This document shows, piece after piece, positions 1 to 8,683 of a DNA stretch of 64,000 bases. The position numbers and the translations under genes are program-made. Source of the stretch: a virus; the IMG/VR virus record IMGVR_UViG_3300045988_179268, positions 255,427 through 319,426 of that record. One strand, given 5' to 3'. Below the pieces are notes generated by a model. That model made no database searches and was not told where the DNA came from. It saw nothing but the letters and a program-made list of their open reading frames with translations. Numbering within the stretch: position 1 is the stretch's first letter; every line of letters begins with the position of its first letter.

Positions 1-699
1 GCTGAGTTTGCGTGGCGTTCCCCACGAAGCTGGAACAGGCTTATTTCTCAGCTGAGCGCTATTCGCACTAAGGGTCGTTCAGCGGCTGTCTGGTCGCAAC
101 GTGCAACTACTGTTACTACTGGAACTGTTGGACTTTTGGGTTTTCGGGAGATTGAAGGCATCCTTAAGTCGCTTTCTGCTTCTGTGTGCGATATTCAGAA
201 GCAGGTTGCTTCGGCTCAGGGACAGCGTGACTTAGCTAAGACGTTCGGTCAGAGAATCTATAATGAAGGTCGCTGTACCGCAACTTTAAGGAGCATGTTC
301 CGTGAGTACAAGGGACTTCTTGGCTCATGGACGGCATTGCAGGACTTAACTGGTGCTGTTTCATCAGGTTTCCTGGAGCGTGTTAATGAGCGCTTGACTG
401 ACATGAATCTAAGCGATAATGACCATGCTAAGAAGCAGGTGGCTGATGAAATTTGGCGGGCTGTTTCTATCCTTAAGAATTTCCATGAAGACCTTGCATC
501 TGAAAGTGAAAATAACTTTGATATTGACTTGATGGTTACTTCCGACATTACCACTAAGCTTGTTGAAGATTGGAATGCGTTCTGGCACGCAAGCTTGGGG
601 CTGGAGTTCTCTGGGTCGGGAACAGATTTTTCTCCCAATAATTTGAAGGATTCCGCAATGAATATGTTGAAGAATGTGCGTAAAACTTTAGCTTCCTAG
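1..699 (+). CDS. Partial CDS (5' end outside window): C-terminal part of a second AAA+ (MoxR/CobS-like) ATPase paralogue
   Basis: Frame 1 is open from nt 1 (AEFAWRSPRSWNRLISQL...) to TAG 697-699. AWRSPRSWNRLI mirrors AWRSPRSWDNLI in the C-terminal half of the AAA+ ATPase at 12514-14064. Confidence 0.6.
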   Translation, partial: AEFAWRSPRSWNRLISQLSAIRTKGRSAAVWSQRATTVTTGTVGLLGFREIEGILKSLSASVCDIQKQVASAQGQRDLAKTFGQRIYNEGRCTATLRSMFREYKGLLGSWTALQDLTGAVSSGFLERVNERLTDMNLSDNDHAKKQVADEIWRAVSILKNFHEDLASESENNFDIDLMVTSDITTKLVEDWNAFWHASLGLEFSGSGTDFSPNNLKDSAMNMLKNVRKTLAS

Positions 700-747
700 A
701 TTAAGTGCCTGGCATCCCATGCAAATGTGTCGGGGCACCAAACCCAT

Positions 748-793
748 GTTTACCTGTGGGGTTTAATTCATTCATTAACCCCCACAGGTAAAC
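748..793 (+). terminator. Hairpin after the partial ATPase gene
   Basis: 14-bp perfect stem gtttacctgtgggg/ccccacaggtaaac with an 18-nt loop. No clear T-tract. Confidence 0.5.
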
Positions 794-865
794 GGTTGCA
801 TATGCCATACAATATGTGATATACTATCTTTGTAATATATTTTTTTGAAATGTTATAGAAGGAAC

Positions 866-1501
866 ATGCAGACTATCCCTATCGCCACCCGTGAACAGGT
901 GGACATTCCCGCAGGTAGCTACCTAGCCATCCATTCGGAGAATACCAACCCAAAGGTGCCGCCGCATATCGCAGACTTGTTCGCGCACTTCATTACCCAC
1001 CCTGGACAGGAACACTACCCCGCACTCCTACACACCCCTGACGGTCAGACCATTAAGAACATCGACACTGGTGAAGCAGTAGGAATCATTAAGCCCCGGA
1101 AAGAGAAGAATGGTAACTACCTTCTAGTTTTTCATACGGATGCCCCAAAGACAGAAACCGTGCTTCTCACCGTGCTCATCTTCGATGTTGAGTCAAAACA
1201 TGATGCCCAGAAGCTATTGGAGGAGCATTTTTCCAATCTGGTAGCCGAAAATCGCGTCAAGGTTTGGGAAAGCTACGCGCGCACTCTCGTTGAGAAGGGC
1301 GTGAGTACTGAACGTGTCCAGCAGATTAGCGACCTTATCCGTAAGTCTATTCGGGAGGGCAACACTGCTGAGGGCCTTGCCGCCGCTGAAACTGCACTGC
1401 AAGAGGCAGTGATTGAGGCTTCAAAGGTCTTGCAAGCGCAGGCTGATGCGGCAATGGAAGCACACCATAAGATTCAGGAGGAAGAGAACTATGGCAACTA
1501 A
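866..1501 (+). CDS. Hypothetical protein
   Basis: ORF-track frame 845-1501. I moved the start to ATG 866 behind GAAGG. TTG 845 is an alternative, lying only about 3 nt after the predicted TSS of the tgtgatatact element at 825-835. Confidence 0.6.
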   Translation: MQTIPIATREQVDIPAGSYLAIHSENTNPKVPPHIADLFAHFITHPGQEHYPALLHTPDGQTIKNIDTGEAVGIIKPRKEKNGNYLLVFHTDAPKTETVLLTVLIFDVESKHDAQKLLEEHFSNLVAENRVKVWESYARTLVEKGVSTERVQQISDLIRKSIREGNTAEGLAAAETALQEAVIEASKVLQAQADAAMEAHHKIQEEENYGN

Positions 1502-1868
1502 CGACATTAATTTCATTAACTATGTTGTCGCTGAATGTGTGATTGCTGATTATGGGCACATTATGAGCGCCCGCTTCGAGGAATGCACGCCAACCCCCGG
1601 CGTGACAAAGAAACTTCCTCGTGAAGTTTACGCCGCCGCTTACGGCGCGTTTAAGGGAACGTGGTCTGTTGGTAGTGAAATTCATACCTGGCAGTTTGAG
1701 TACGACATGTTAAATCCTCTCATTGAGGCTTTCAGTATTAAGACTAACGGTAAGTATAAGATGACTGCCGTTATTCACGACAGGATTACGCTCAAAAAGG
1801 GCGCATCACACCACCGTATCCTTTTTGAAGTTGCCGCTGTTCCTGAGATGGGAGACACTGATGAGTAG
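1491..1868 (+). CDS. Hypothetical protein
   Basis: ATG 1491 (MATNDINF) sits 9 nt after AGGAGG and overlaps the upstream stop by 11 nt. Confidence 0.7.
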   Translation: MATNDINFINYVVAECVIADYGHIMSARFEECTPTPGVTKKLPREVYAAAYGAFKGTWSVGSEIHTWQFEYDMLNPLIEAFSIKTNGKYKMTAVIHDRITLKKGASHHRILFEVAAVPEMGDTDE

Positions 1869-2118
1869 CACAGATAATGTAACTCTCGCTTTGAACGCCA
1901 TTAAGCGGCGCTACCGCTACAGCCTTAAACTTACTGAGGCGGCACCACTATTGGCAAGAGAGCTTAAGGGCATTACCCTCAATAAGCCTGTCGAGTACGA
2001 AATTTGGGCGGCTCATAAGAAAATGGAAGAACTGCTTATTGAACGTGCAGGTGACGGGCACGAAACCCTTACTGAGTGGTGCTTCGCCCCTGTTAATAAA
2101 ACCCACACCAAGAACTAG
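1861..2118 (+). CDS. Hypothetical protein
   Basis: ATG 1861 (MSSTDNV) follows GGGAGA and overlaps the upstream stop. Confidence 0.65.
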   Translation: MSSTDNVTLALNAIKRRYRYSLKLTEAAPLLARELKGITLNKPVEYEIWAAHKKMEELLIERAGDGHETLTEWCFAPVNKTHTKN

Positions 2119-2134
2119 CCAGAGGAGAGAAATT

Positions 2135-2794
2135 ATGGGTTTCCTTGATGAAAATGTAACTACCCCCGCAAACCGCAAACGCCCAGCAGACCGCGATAAA
2201 ATTGCCGCCCTGCCGAAGATGTATAATGCGAAGGCTGTGATGGCGCGCATTCAGGATAGTCGCGAAGACCTTAATGGCGATGGTACACTTACCCCTGATG
2301 CTATCACGAGCCTGTACCGACCTGACGCGGTAACCCTACGCATGAGCAAAGGCGCTAAACGAACTATGCCGCCTATGCTATGGTCGGAAGACACTGTAAA
2401 CGCCATCATTGACGCATACCCCAACCCTCTGCCGAAGTCTGAGAAAGAGTTAGAGGTTTTAGTTGTTCCCACTGCGTTAAGTAATAATTATGTGTCTTAT
2501 CCACCAAACGATTCCACTAATAATTATCGCTCTAGAATGTGGGAAGCGCTGAATCTGCATCCTGTGTACAGTAAGATTGGTTCGCAGGGCATCGCAGGCT
2601 CCCTATACCGTGTTGCTGATGTCATTGAGGGCGTCTCTGACAGTGGCAAGGCGAGGGCAGAAATGGGTCTTGAACCTATCTATAAGTTCCATAAGGATTG
2701 GGAAAAGGCTCTGTCTATCACTAATGGGCTAGTAGAGTCCATGAATACCCATTTTGATACTTTGGATAAGGAGCGAATCAATGACGGCAAATAA
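2135..2794 (+). CDS. Hypothetical protein
   Basis: ATG 2135 (MGFLDEN) sits 7 nt after GAGGAG. Confidence 0.75.
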   Translation: MGFLDENVTTPANRKRPADRDKIAALPKMYNAKAVMARIQDSREDLNGDGTLTPDAITSLYRPDAVTLRMSKGAKRTMPPMLWSEDTVNAIIDAYPNPLPKSEKELEVLVVPTALSNNYVSYPPNDSTNNYRSRMWEALNLHPVYSKIGSQGIAGSLYRVADVIEGVSDSGKARAEMGLEPIYKFHKDWEKALSITNGLVESMNTHFDTLDKERINDGK

Positions 2795-3575
2795 GTACGC
2801 AGAAGTGTCGAATATCTCTGCTGAGGTGGCGGCGGTACTAACCGTTCTCACACCTGTCGGTGGAGGCGAGTACGCTGTTAAGAGGCATCTACTTGCCCTC
2901 CCTGATGTCTCAGATAGCCAGGCTTCACTTCTTGCCAACATTCCCCAGAACGGTAGCAAGAAGGGTTTCGGTGAGGTGACGGGTGCTAATCTGAATGATA
3001 AGGTGTATCACCTGGTGAAGGGCATCATGTTTTCAAACCCTGGAATCATTCATTCAGGCACCTCGACTATCGCCCGCATTGTAGGTCTGCATGGCTCACG
3101 CCAGGTAGACACAGATGGAACGGTTACTCTCAATGAGAAGTTCTACAGCGAAGGCGACCTGGTGTTCGTCACTCCTGTCAAGGTGGCGACTGTGCCATAC
3201 GTGCGTAAAGATGCACTATCTATCTCCGGCTGGGTCGTGTGTGACACAAAGCAGAAGGACACTCACAACACTTTTGTGGTATTAGGTAAGCCTCCGCTGA
3301 CTATTGACGATATGCCTCGCGGTCACGCCCCTATCATGCGTCTCACCAAGAGCCTACCCCATAACGCTCTTTTCGAAGCAGATGGCTCTCTGCGCATTGC
3401 ATCACATGCGAAGGGGATTGCTGACGCTAAGGGTAGCTACCCGTTTACTAGGGTTGATAGCAAGTTCAGCACCATTTCTGCGATTACTGACCCCGAGTTT
3501 GAGGTATTGCAGGATGATGACGGCATGATTGCTTACCCGGTATGGGTGACTCTTACTGACCGTGTTAATAATTAA
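2781..3575 (+). CDS. Hypothetical protein
   Basis: ATG 2781 (MTANKYAE) sits 7 nt after AAGGAG and overlaps the upstream stop. Confidence 0.75.
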   Translation: MTANKYAEVSNISAEVAAVLTVLTPVGGGEYAVKRHLLALPDVSDSQASLLANIPQNGSKKGFGEVTGANLNDKVYHLVKGIMFSNPGIIHSGTSTIARIVGLHGSRQVDTDGTVTLNEKFYSEGDLVFVTPVKVATVPYVRKDALSISGWVVCDTKQKDTHNTFVVLGKPPLTIDDMPRGHAPIMRLTKSLPHNALFEADGSLRIASHAKGIADAKGSYPFTRVDSKFSTISAITDPEFEVLQDDDGMIAYPVWVTLTDRVNN

Positions 3576-3589
3576 ATTCTTTTACTTGT

Positions 3590-3643
3590 AGAGAAGTAGT
3601 GCGTTGCTGGCTCCAAATTATGCCCGTAGCGCGCTACTTCTCT
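3590..3643 (+). terminator. Hairpin terminator
   Basis: Stem agagaagtagtgcg/cgcgctacttctct (14 bp, one G-U pair) right after the stop at 3575. Confidence 0.5.
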
Positions 3644-3658
3644 AATGCTGTCCTATAG

Positions 3659-3664
3659 TATAAT
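3659..3664 (+). promoter_or_regulatory. TATAAT -10 hexamer placed for a leaderless transcript
   Basis: TATAAT at 3659-3664 ends 7 nt before the A of ATG 3672. There is no SD sequence in between. Confidence 0.35.
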
Positions 3665-3671
3665 TTCTGGC

Positions 3672-4661
3672 ATGACTGACAATATTTCCGAAGAACTTGC
3701 CAGGACTGGCACACGATACGCACCGCTGTTTGTCAGCTTCGCAAGCCTGCTACAGCATTGGGAGTGGCTTGACATGGCGTGGCAAGCCCAAGTGAACGAC
3801 TGGGAGGGTAACCCTACTGATGAGTCTGCTAAAGCATTTTGGGACTCTAGATACAAGTTACCTAACCAGTATCTTGACCTGGATTCGCTAAATAAAATTG
3901 ATTCTTCTAGTGCGACAGTTGAGCTTCGCCTCGCGCGACATAATTGTTCTAAAGATGACTGTGACTCGTGCCTCCTACTGCATAAAGGATATGCTCATCT
4001 TATTGTAGAATCACCACAGCTGGACGTGCCCGCTTACTTAATGGAGCGTGCCCCATCACATAAAAGCATTGAGGTTGATGGTGATTTTTGGGAATTTAAG
4101 CCACGCGAATATCCACCTTTGAAGCTTACACCTGCGACAGGCGACGGATTTGATGTCCCTAAATCTATTTCTCGCGCCAATTACTCAAAGATGGATAAGG
4201 TTAGCGAAGCCCTGCAAATAACAGGATACTTTGTCATTCAAGATTCCGTATCGAAAGCTACTCCAACGATTTTAACGGGTGATGATGACCCTCACCTTGT
4301 CATTACTGTCCCTTATCGCTCATACGTGCCTCGCGAAAGGGAAATTATGGTCGCATACATGGACAATTTGCCTATACCTTATGCAAGACTTGATGGTGGC
4401 GAAGAGAAGCCGGTGGAAGTGTATTCCCCGGAGTCGCAGGTTGCACCTTACGGCACATACCCTCATTGGGAGCGGTGGTTCTGGGATTTGGAAGAGCGTC
4501 AGATTGCGCAGATACGTGCCGAGGCGGAGAAATCAAAAAGGCAGACTAAAGAAGAGTTGCCCACTAATGAAGAGGTAGCAGTTAATAATACCCAAGAAGT
4601 TGCCGAAGGGGAGAAGCTGTCATTTGGGCAGAAGTTCTTTAAGTTCATGTTCAATATTTAA
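3672..4661 (+). CDS. Hypothetical protein
   Basis: ORF-track frame 3645-4661. ATG 3645 lies upstream of the -10 hexamer and just after the hairpin, so ATG 3672 (MTDNISEE) is preferred. Confidence 0.65.
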   Translation: MTDNISEELARTGTRYAPLFVSFASLLQHWEWLDMAWQAQVNDWEGNPTDESAKAFWDSRYKLPNQYLDLDSLNKIDSSSATVELRLARHNCSKDDCDSCLLLHKGYAHLIVESPQLDVPAYLMERAPSHKSIEVDGDFWEFKPREYPPLKLTPATGDGFDVPKSISRANYSKMDKVSEALQITGYFVIQDSVSKATPTILTGDDDPHLVITVPYRSYVPREREIMVAYMDNLPIPYARLDGGEEKPVEVYSPESQVAPYGTYPHWERWFWDLEERQIAQIRAEAEKSKRQTKEELPTNEEVAVNNTQEVAEGEKLSFGQKFFKFMFNI

Positions 4662-4666
4662 TAGAT

Positions 4667-4720
4667 AAATATTTCAGGCGAGACGCTAACTTTCTATTTA
4701 GCGTCTCGCCTGAAATATTT
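4667..4720. terminator. Bidirectional hairpin terminator between convergent genes
   Basis: 23-bp perfect stem aaatatttcaggcgagacgctaa/ttagcgtctcgcctgaaatattt with an 8-nt loop and A/T runs on both sides. Confidence 0.85.
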
Positions 4721-4722
4721 GT

Positions 4723-5109
4723 TTAGAAGCCGCCTACGCCTCTGTGAGAGGTTTTTAGGTGCGTAACGGGTTCTCCGTGCGCCTCGACACCCAGTAGTTC
4801 TATAATAGCCGCTTTCACTGTCTTTAACGTGCTGGCGGCTTTACGCCAGATAATGAGTGTGGAGTCCCTTACGACAAGCGCGGCAACAAGCATCACGGCG
4901 GCGATACCTTCGCCAATAAACCATGCTGTCGCTAACATGATAAGGTGAACCTCTTGACCATTAGGGGCTGTGAATAGGTATAAGTCCTCTGGAACGACTC
5001 TAAGGGCATGACTATAGATAAGCCAGGCAACAAATAGCAGTCCCGGCATATTTAACCCCACGAAGGTGGCGACTTTCTGAATGAGTGATAGTTCTTGGAG
5101 TTTCTGCAT
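4723..5109 (-). CDS. Small membrane protein (two predicted TM segments)
   Basis: The start at MQKLQEL follows GAAAGGAA. Hydrophobic stretches are VATFVGLNMPGLLFVAWLIY and LIMLATAWFIGEGIAAVMLVAALVV. The longer ORF-track extension has no start context. Confidence 0.6.
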   Translation of the reverse strand: MQKLQELSLIQKVATFVGLNMPGLLFVAWLIYSHALRVVPEDLYLFTAPNGQEVHLIMLATAWFIGEGIAAVMLVAALVVRDSTLIIWRKAASTLKTVKAAIIELLGVEAHGEPVTHLKTSHRGVGGF

Positions 5110-5262
5110 AGTTCCTTTCAGTATTTTTAGATGATTTGCAGTATTGAGTGTATCACATATGTTGGCTGGTGGTCGAGGAGCCGTTTTCAGATGTGGTACA
5201 CTCGACTTACTAGGCGTGCAGGTGGCGCACCAATAAATGAAATCTCTCAAGAAGGACAATTT

Positions 5263-5790
5263 GTGACCTACAAATTCAATAAGCACCGCAAGTATGTGAT
5301 GACTGACATCACTAAAGAGTTTATGCACCCCCGCTGGCATAACAAGCTGGTTACCGTACACCGGATTAGGGCAACGCGAGACATTCCCGAGCGACATGTT
5401 GTAGCAGGACAGCTGGGAGGGTGGATTGAGTCGGAGCATAACCTCACGCAGGGTAATAACTCGTGGGTTGCCGAAGACGGCATGGTTTTCGATAACGCTG
5501 TGTGCATGGTAAATGCTCTAGTGTCGGGTAATGCGATGCTGTATGAGGATGCCGTACATCGCGGGATGTCGCTACTTACTGACAATGCTCAGCAGTACGG
5601 ATATAGTCAGACAGGTGGGGCTAGTGCGCTAGGTGGCAATATGACCGTTTCAGGTGGAGCCACGGTCACTGGAACCTATAAGGATGTGCGTGACGCGACA
5701 ATTTCAATGGGAACATACCATCACAATCCTTTATATGAACCTCACCTCATGCTTGAAGAGGAAAACATCTCCCCTGTATTCAGCTGGTAG
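5263..5790 (+). CDS. Left-handed beta-helix repeat protein (YdcK-like, no Cys/His module)
   Basis: GTG 5263 sits 6 nt after GAAGGA. VHRIRATRDIP...GQLGGWIESEHNLTQGNNSWVAEDGMVFDNAVCMVNALVSGNAMLYEDA parallels the protein at 33597-34001 (VYRIRAVRTF...GGYVESEKNLSHDGGAWVYGVARAYENAVVEGNAAL). Confidence 0.6.
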   Translation: MTYKFNKHRKYVMTDITKEFMHPRWHNKLVTVHRIRATRDIPERHVVAGQLGGWIESEHNLTQGNNSWVAEDGMVFDNAVCMVNALVSGNAMLYEDAVHRGMSLLTDNAQQYGYSQTGGASALGGNMTVSGGATVTGTYKDVRDATISMGTYHHNPLYEPHLMLEEENISPVFSW

Positions 5791-5798
5791 TCGTTATC

Positions 5799-5828
5799 TT
5801 GCATGTAGCAGTATTTTTGTGCTACACT
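5799..5828 (+). promoter_or_regulatory. Promoter, TTGCAT-N18-TGTGcTACACT (extended -10)
   Basis: -35 TTGCAT at 5799-5804 and TGTGCTACACT at 5818-5828, about 35 nt upstream of tRNA-Met. Confidence 0.6.
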
Positions 5829-5862
5829 TTAGGTTGTGGCGCTCTTTGAGAGTGACCACTTT

Positions 5863-5936
5863 GCGCCGTTAGCTCAGCAGGTTAGAGCAAGGGACTCATA
5901 ATCCCTGGGTCGCGGGTTCAAGCCCCGCACGGCGTA
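5863..5936 (+). tRNA. tRNA-Met (anticodon CAT; an Ile2 identity cannot be excluded)
   Basis: Manual cloverleaf. Acceptor gcgccgt/acggcgt (G1-U72), D arm gctc..gagc, anticodon stem aggga/tccct with loop ctCATaa, T arm gcggg-ttcaagc-cccgc. Confidence 0.85.
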
Positions 5937-5984
5937 CTCCATGCAAGCAATACATAAACAAACTATCAGAAATCTGGAGGGGAC

Positions 5985-6119
5985 ATGCTTAATAACAGAT
6001 ACACGCGCGAAGAACCGCACACAGACAGCGGCAGTCACAAGCATCACCACTATATTGCACTCATCATTATTGCCGCACTAGCACTACTAGGCGTGGCAGA
6101 GTACCACGACTGGAATTAA
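5985..6119 (+). CDS. Small (44 aa) membrane protein, not in the ORF track
   Basis: ATG 5985 follows GGAGG. The product is MLNNRYTREEPHTDSGSHKHHHYIALIIIAALALLGVAEYHDWN with one hydrophobic helix. Confidence 0.45.
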   Translation: MLNNRYTREEPHTDSGSHKHHHYIALIIIAALALLGVAEYHDWN

Positions 6120-6137
6120 CTAATTCAAGGACAAGAT

Positions 6138-7322
6138 ATGAGCTTCATTGTTAAAGGTAACAACTATAAGTACACGGTAGCTACCCCGCGCTACATCACC
6201 AGTACTTACGCTATCCCCGAAGGTATCCAGCCAGCCCTATATAAGCTGACTGAGCAGGACGTTCCGCTTACTTACGTTACGCGCAAGACGCATAACGCCG
6301 CAACCCGTAAGCCTGAGGAACGTATGCACCCTGTACTGTACAGCAACCCTGAGTCTCAGGCACCCTGGATGGTATTGGGTGAAGAAGACCCTTACCTCAT
6401 TAAGAAGGAGGGGCAGATTCGTCGTGGACCCGTTACGGTAGATATTGCCCCTGATGCTTTCACCAACCAGCCTGCACCTCTAGCCGTAGTTCTTGACGAT
6501 ACTGTTATCGAAAGCCCCTCGTCGTTAGGCTTTTCTCTCCCCAATGAACTTGGCTTCCTCTCAAGCTTTACATACGCGACAGAGCCGTATGTGCTTCGTG
6601 GAGACACCTATGTTGGAGAAGAAGCGTTCCTCAATGGTGGCGTGTCTACTAAGGGGAAGGTTACTATCGGCAATGCTTACATTGAAGCATCCTCACTCAA
6701 GGGCGGGAACATTAAAGTTGGCGGCGGCGCATACGTTGCCAAAAGCCGCATCAAGGGGAATGTGACCATCAACGGTATTGTCTTGGAAAACTCAACGCTA
6801 GACGGAAATATCAACTTCACCGTTCCAGGCAAGACATTCGACTACCAGAATGGAAACCGCCCAGACATGGATAAGGAACCCGTCATCGAAGGTTCCCGAT
6901 ACGTGTCTGACTTCATCAACCATAAGAAGGCACAGACGTTCTTCCAGCCGGAAACAGTCGAAGCACTATTCACAGTAAGCCGTGAAATTGTAGACAGCAA
7001 CCAGCGACAAGCTACTTTCTGCCTCGATTCTGCAAACCACCGCAGTTTTTGTCGTTGTGCCATCTACTTGCCGCTGTACATTATGGCGCGTCCGGCGGCT
7101 ATCCAGTACAACGCAATCATGAGTGGTGAGAGCAGTGTGAGTAAGCTCCCCGCCTGTCACCCCTACGAGTTTATGACCGTAAACAGCCTCGAACCTCTAC
7201 TGGACGCTGAAATTATGGCTAACTATAGTTCTAGTGCTATTGCTAAAGCTACCCCTGCTGATGCGACTGCATGGCGTAAGGCAGTTAAGAAGGTTACTGG
7301 CATCAAGCCGGTATGTGCGTAA
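6138..7322 (+). CDS. Beta-helix / Cys-His-module family protein (dispersed eighth member)
   Basis: GN-type repeats (TIGNAYIEASSLKGGNIKVGGGAYVAKSRIKGNVTINGIV) followed by FCLDSANHRSFCRCAIYLPLYIMARPAAIQY. Confidence 0.85.
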   Translation: MSFIVKGNNYKYTVATPRYITSTYAIPEGIQPALYKLTEQDVPLTYVTRKTHNAATRKPEERMHPVLYSNPESQAPWMVLGEEDPYLIKKEGQIRRGPVTVDIAPDAFTNQPAPLAVVLDDTVIESPSSLGFSLPNELGFLSSFTYATEPYVLRGDTYVGEEAFLNGGVSTKGKVTIGNAYIEASSLKGGNIKVGGGAYVAKSRIKGNVTINGIVLENSTLDGNINFTVPGKTFDYQNGNRPDMDKEPVIEGSRYVSDFINHKKAQTFFQPETVEALFTVSREIVDSNQRQATFCLDSANHRSFCRCAIYLPLYIMARPAAIQYNAIMSGESSVSKLPACHPYEFMTVNSLEPLLDAEIMANYSSSAIAKATPADATAWRKAVKKVTGIKPVCA

Positions 7323-7329
7323 GGCGAAA

Positions 7330-7794
7330 ATGCGAGTAAACAGCATGGATAACCTCAATTGGACACCTGTTAAAACGCATCGCCTAACACGTCACCGACT
7401 GCCTGTGAGCATTCAAACATCTCAACACGACATGCACCACACAGAGCCGATGCTGGAGCCATTCATCGGGGCAACCACTATGGAGGCACTGTGTGTAGCA
7501 TTGGGGGATGGTAAACCTTCAAGGTTTACTATCCTTCCCGTGACAGGCGATAACGAGTTCGGCACGATTACATTGCTTCCATCTGAGAATGTTTTAGCTG
7601 AACTAAACGATAACAATTTGTCGCTTCTAGTTCGGGTTGGCTCTACAGCTACCAAGTTTGTACACGAAGCTCAAACTCGTGACGGCATGTCTCTAGTTAT
7701 GTTTGCATCCCTTATTGCCCCTAAACAGGGTGGGGAGACATATGTGTTAGAGGCGTACAATATTATCGCAACTGGAGGCAACGGTCGCCGCTAA
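7330..7794 (+). CDS. Hypothetical protein
   Basis: First ATG after the upstream stop (MRVNSMDNLNW). The SD sequence is weak. Confidence 0.55.
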   Translation: MRVNSMDNLNWTPVKTHRLTRHRLPVSIQTSQHDMHHTEPMLEPFIGATTMEALCVALGDGKPSRFTILPVTGDNEFGTITLLPSENVLAELNDNNLSLLVRVGSTATKFVHEAQTRDGMSLVMFASLIAPKQGGETYVLEAYNIIATGGNGRR

Positions 7795-7830
7795 AGATAC
7801 TTACAATGGACATGTAGAGAGGAGGAGTAT

Positions 7831-8190
7831 GTGGGCACGATGAAAGCGTCAGATGTAGACCATCTACGCCATGCAGGTACACCGTGGCAACCAATCGCAA
7901 CGAACTACAGCAGTAAAACAGTGCTTGTCCCCACTAATAACCCAAAAATCTACACAGTTTTCGATACAACAGAAGAACCCCATAAGCCCCTCGCTCACAT
8001 TACTCGAAGATATACCAAAACAAAGGAAACTTGGATAGTTTATCCTGCCCCGGAAGTGGTAAAATATGAGAGTATGCGGCATCGAATATCCCAAGGTATC
8101 CCTAACACCGAAAGTGTTAGTCTTGGAGTGGCGTATGCTAAATACTGTGGGTACCTAGAGTACATCCGTAACTCACCCACCTTAAAGTAA
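7831..8190 (+). CDS. Hypothetical protein
   Basis: GTG 7831 sits 5 nt after GAGGAGGAG. Confidence 0.7.
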   Translation: MGTMKASDVDHLRHAGTPWQPIATNYSSKTVLVPTNNPKIYTVFDTTEEPHKPLAHITRRYTKTKETWIVYPAPEVVKYESMRHRISQGIPNTESVSLGVAYAKYCGYLEYIRNSPTLK

Positions 8191-8201
8191 GGAGTGATGT
8201 C

Positions 8202-8498
8202 ATGTCACGTTTCGGTTATTCTGCCCTTAAGAAGAACTCTCGCGTCTCTGGCGCATCGGCGGCAACCCGCCGTAATTCCATCCGCCGCACATCTTCATCT
8301 GGTAGCTCTTCTAGTAGCTACTACTCAGGTGGCAATGACTGGTACGACGATAGCTACTCTAGTTATGATGATTCTTCTTCCAGCTACAGCTCTTCGAGTA
8401 GTTCATCTAGTGATTACTGCTCTTCCTCTGACTCATCTTGGAGTTCCAGCTCATCTTACGATTCTGGCTCCTCTGACTGTGGCTCTTGGAGTGACTAG
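8202..8498 (+). CDS. Ser/Tyr/Asp-rich low-complexity protein with a basic N-terminus
   Basis: ATG 8202 sits 7 nt after AAGGAG. The product is MSRFGYSALKKNSRVSGASAATRRNSIRRTSSSGSSSSSYYSGGNDWYDDSYSSYDDSSSSYSSSSSSSSDYCSSSDSSWSSSSSYDSGSSDCGSWSD. Confidence 0.65.
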   Translation: MSRFGYSALKKNSRVSGASAATRRNSIRRTSSSGSSSSSYYSGGNDWYDDSYSSYDDSSSSYSSSSSSSSDYCSSSDSSWSSSSSYDSGSSDCGSWSD

Positions 8499-8517
8499 CT
8501 AGACAACATATAATAGT

Positions 8518-8565
8518 TCGCCTGCAAACATGCTCTCTTTAGTTATACGGCATGTTTGCAGGCGA
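8518..8565 (+). terminator. Hairpin terminator
   Basis: 16-bp perfect stem tcgcctgcaaacatgc/gcatgtttgcaggcga followed by gtttc. Confidence 0.75.
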
Positions 8566-8683
8566 GTTTCATCTCTAGAAAGGTTAGCTGACTGTCGCCA
8601 ACTTTATTGATATTGCACCCATGCTTTAATATTGGTAATATTAGATACATTAGCAGTATTTTACGGATACCAGATAGGAGGGC

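Noticed and set aside
8194-8502. Alternative 102-aa frame over the Ser-rich gene
   Set aside because: It is open only because of the repetitive tct/agc composition. Its start codon lies inside or abutting the SD sequence, whereas ATG 8202 has ideal 7-nt spacing.
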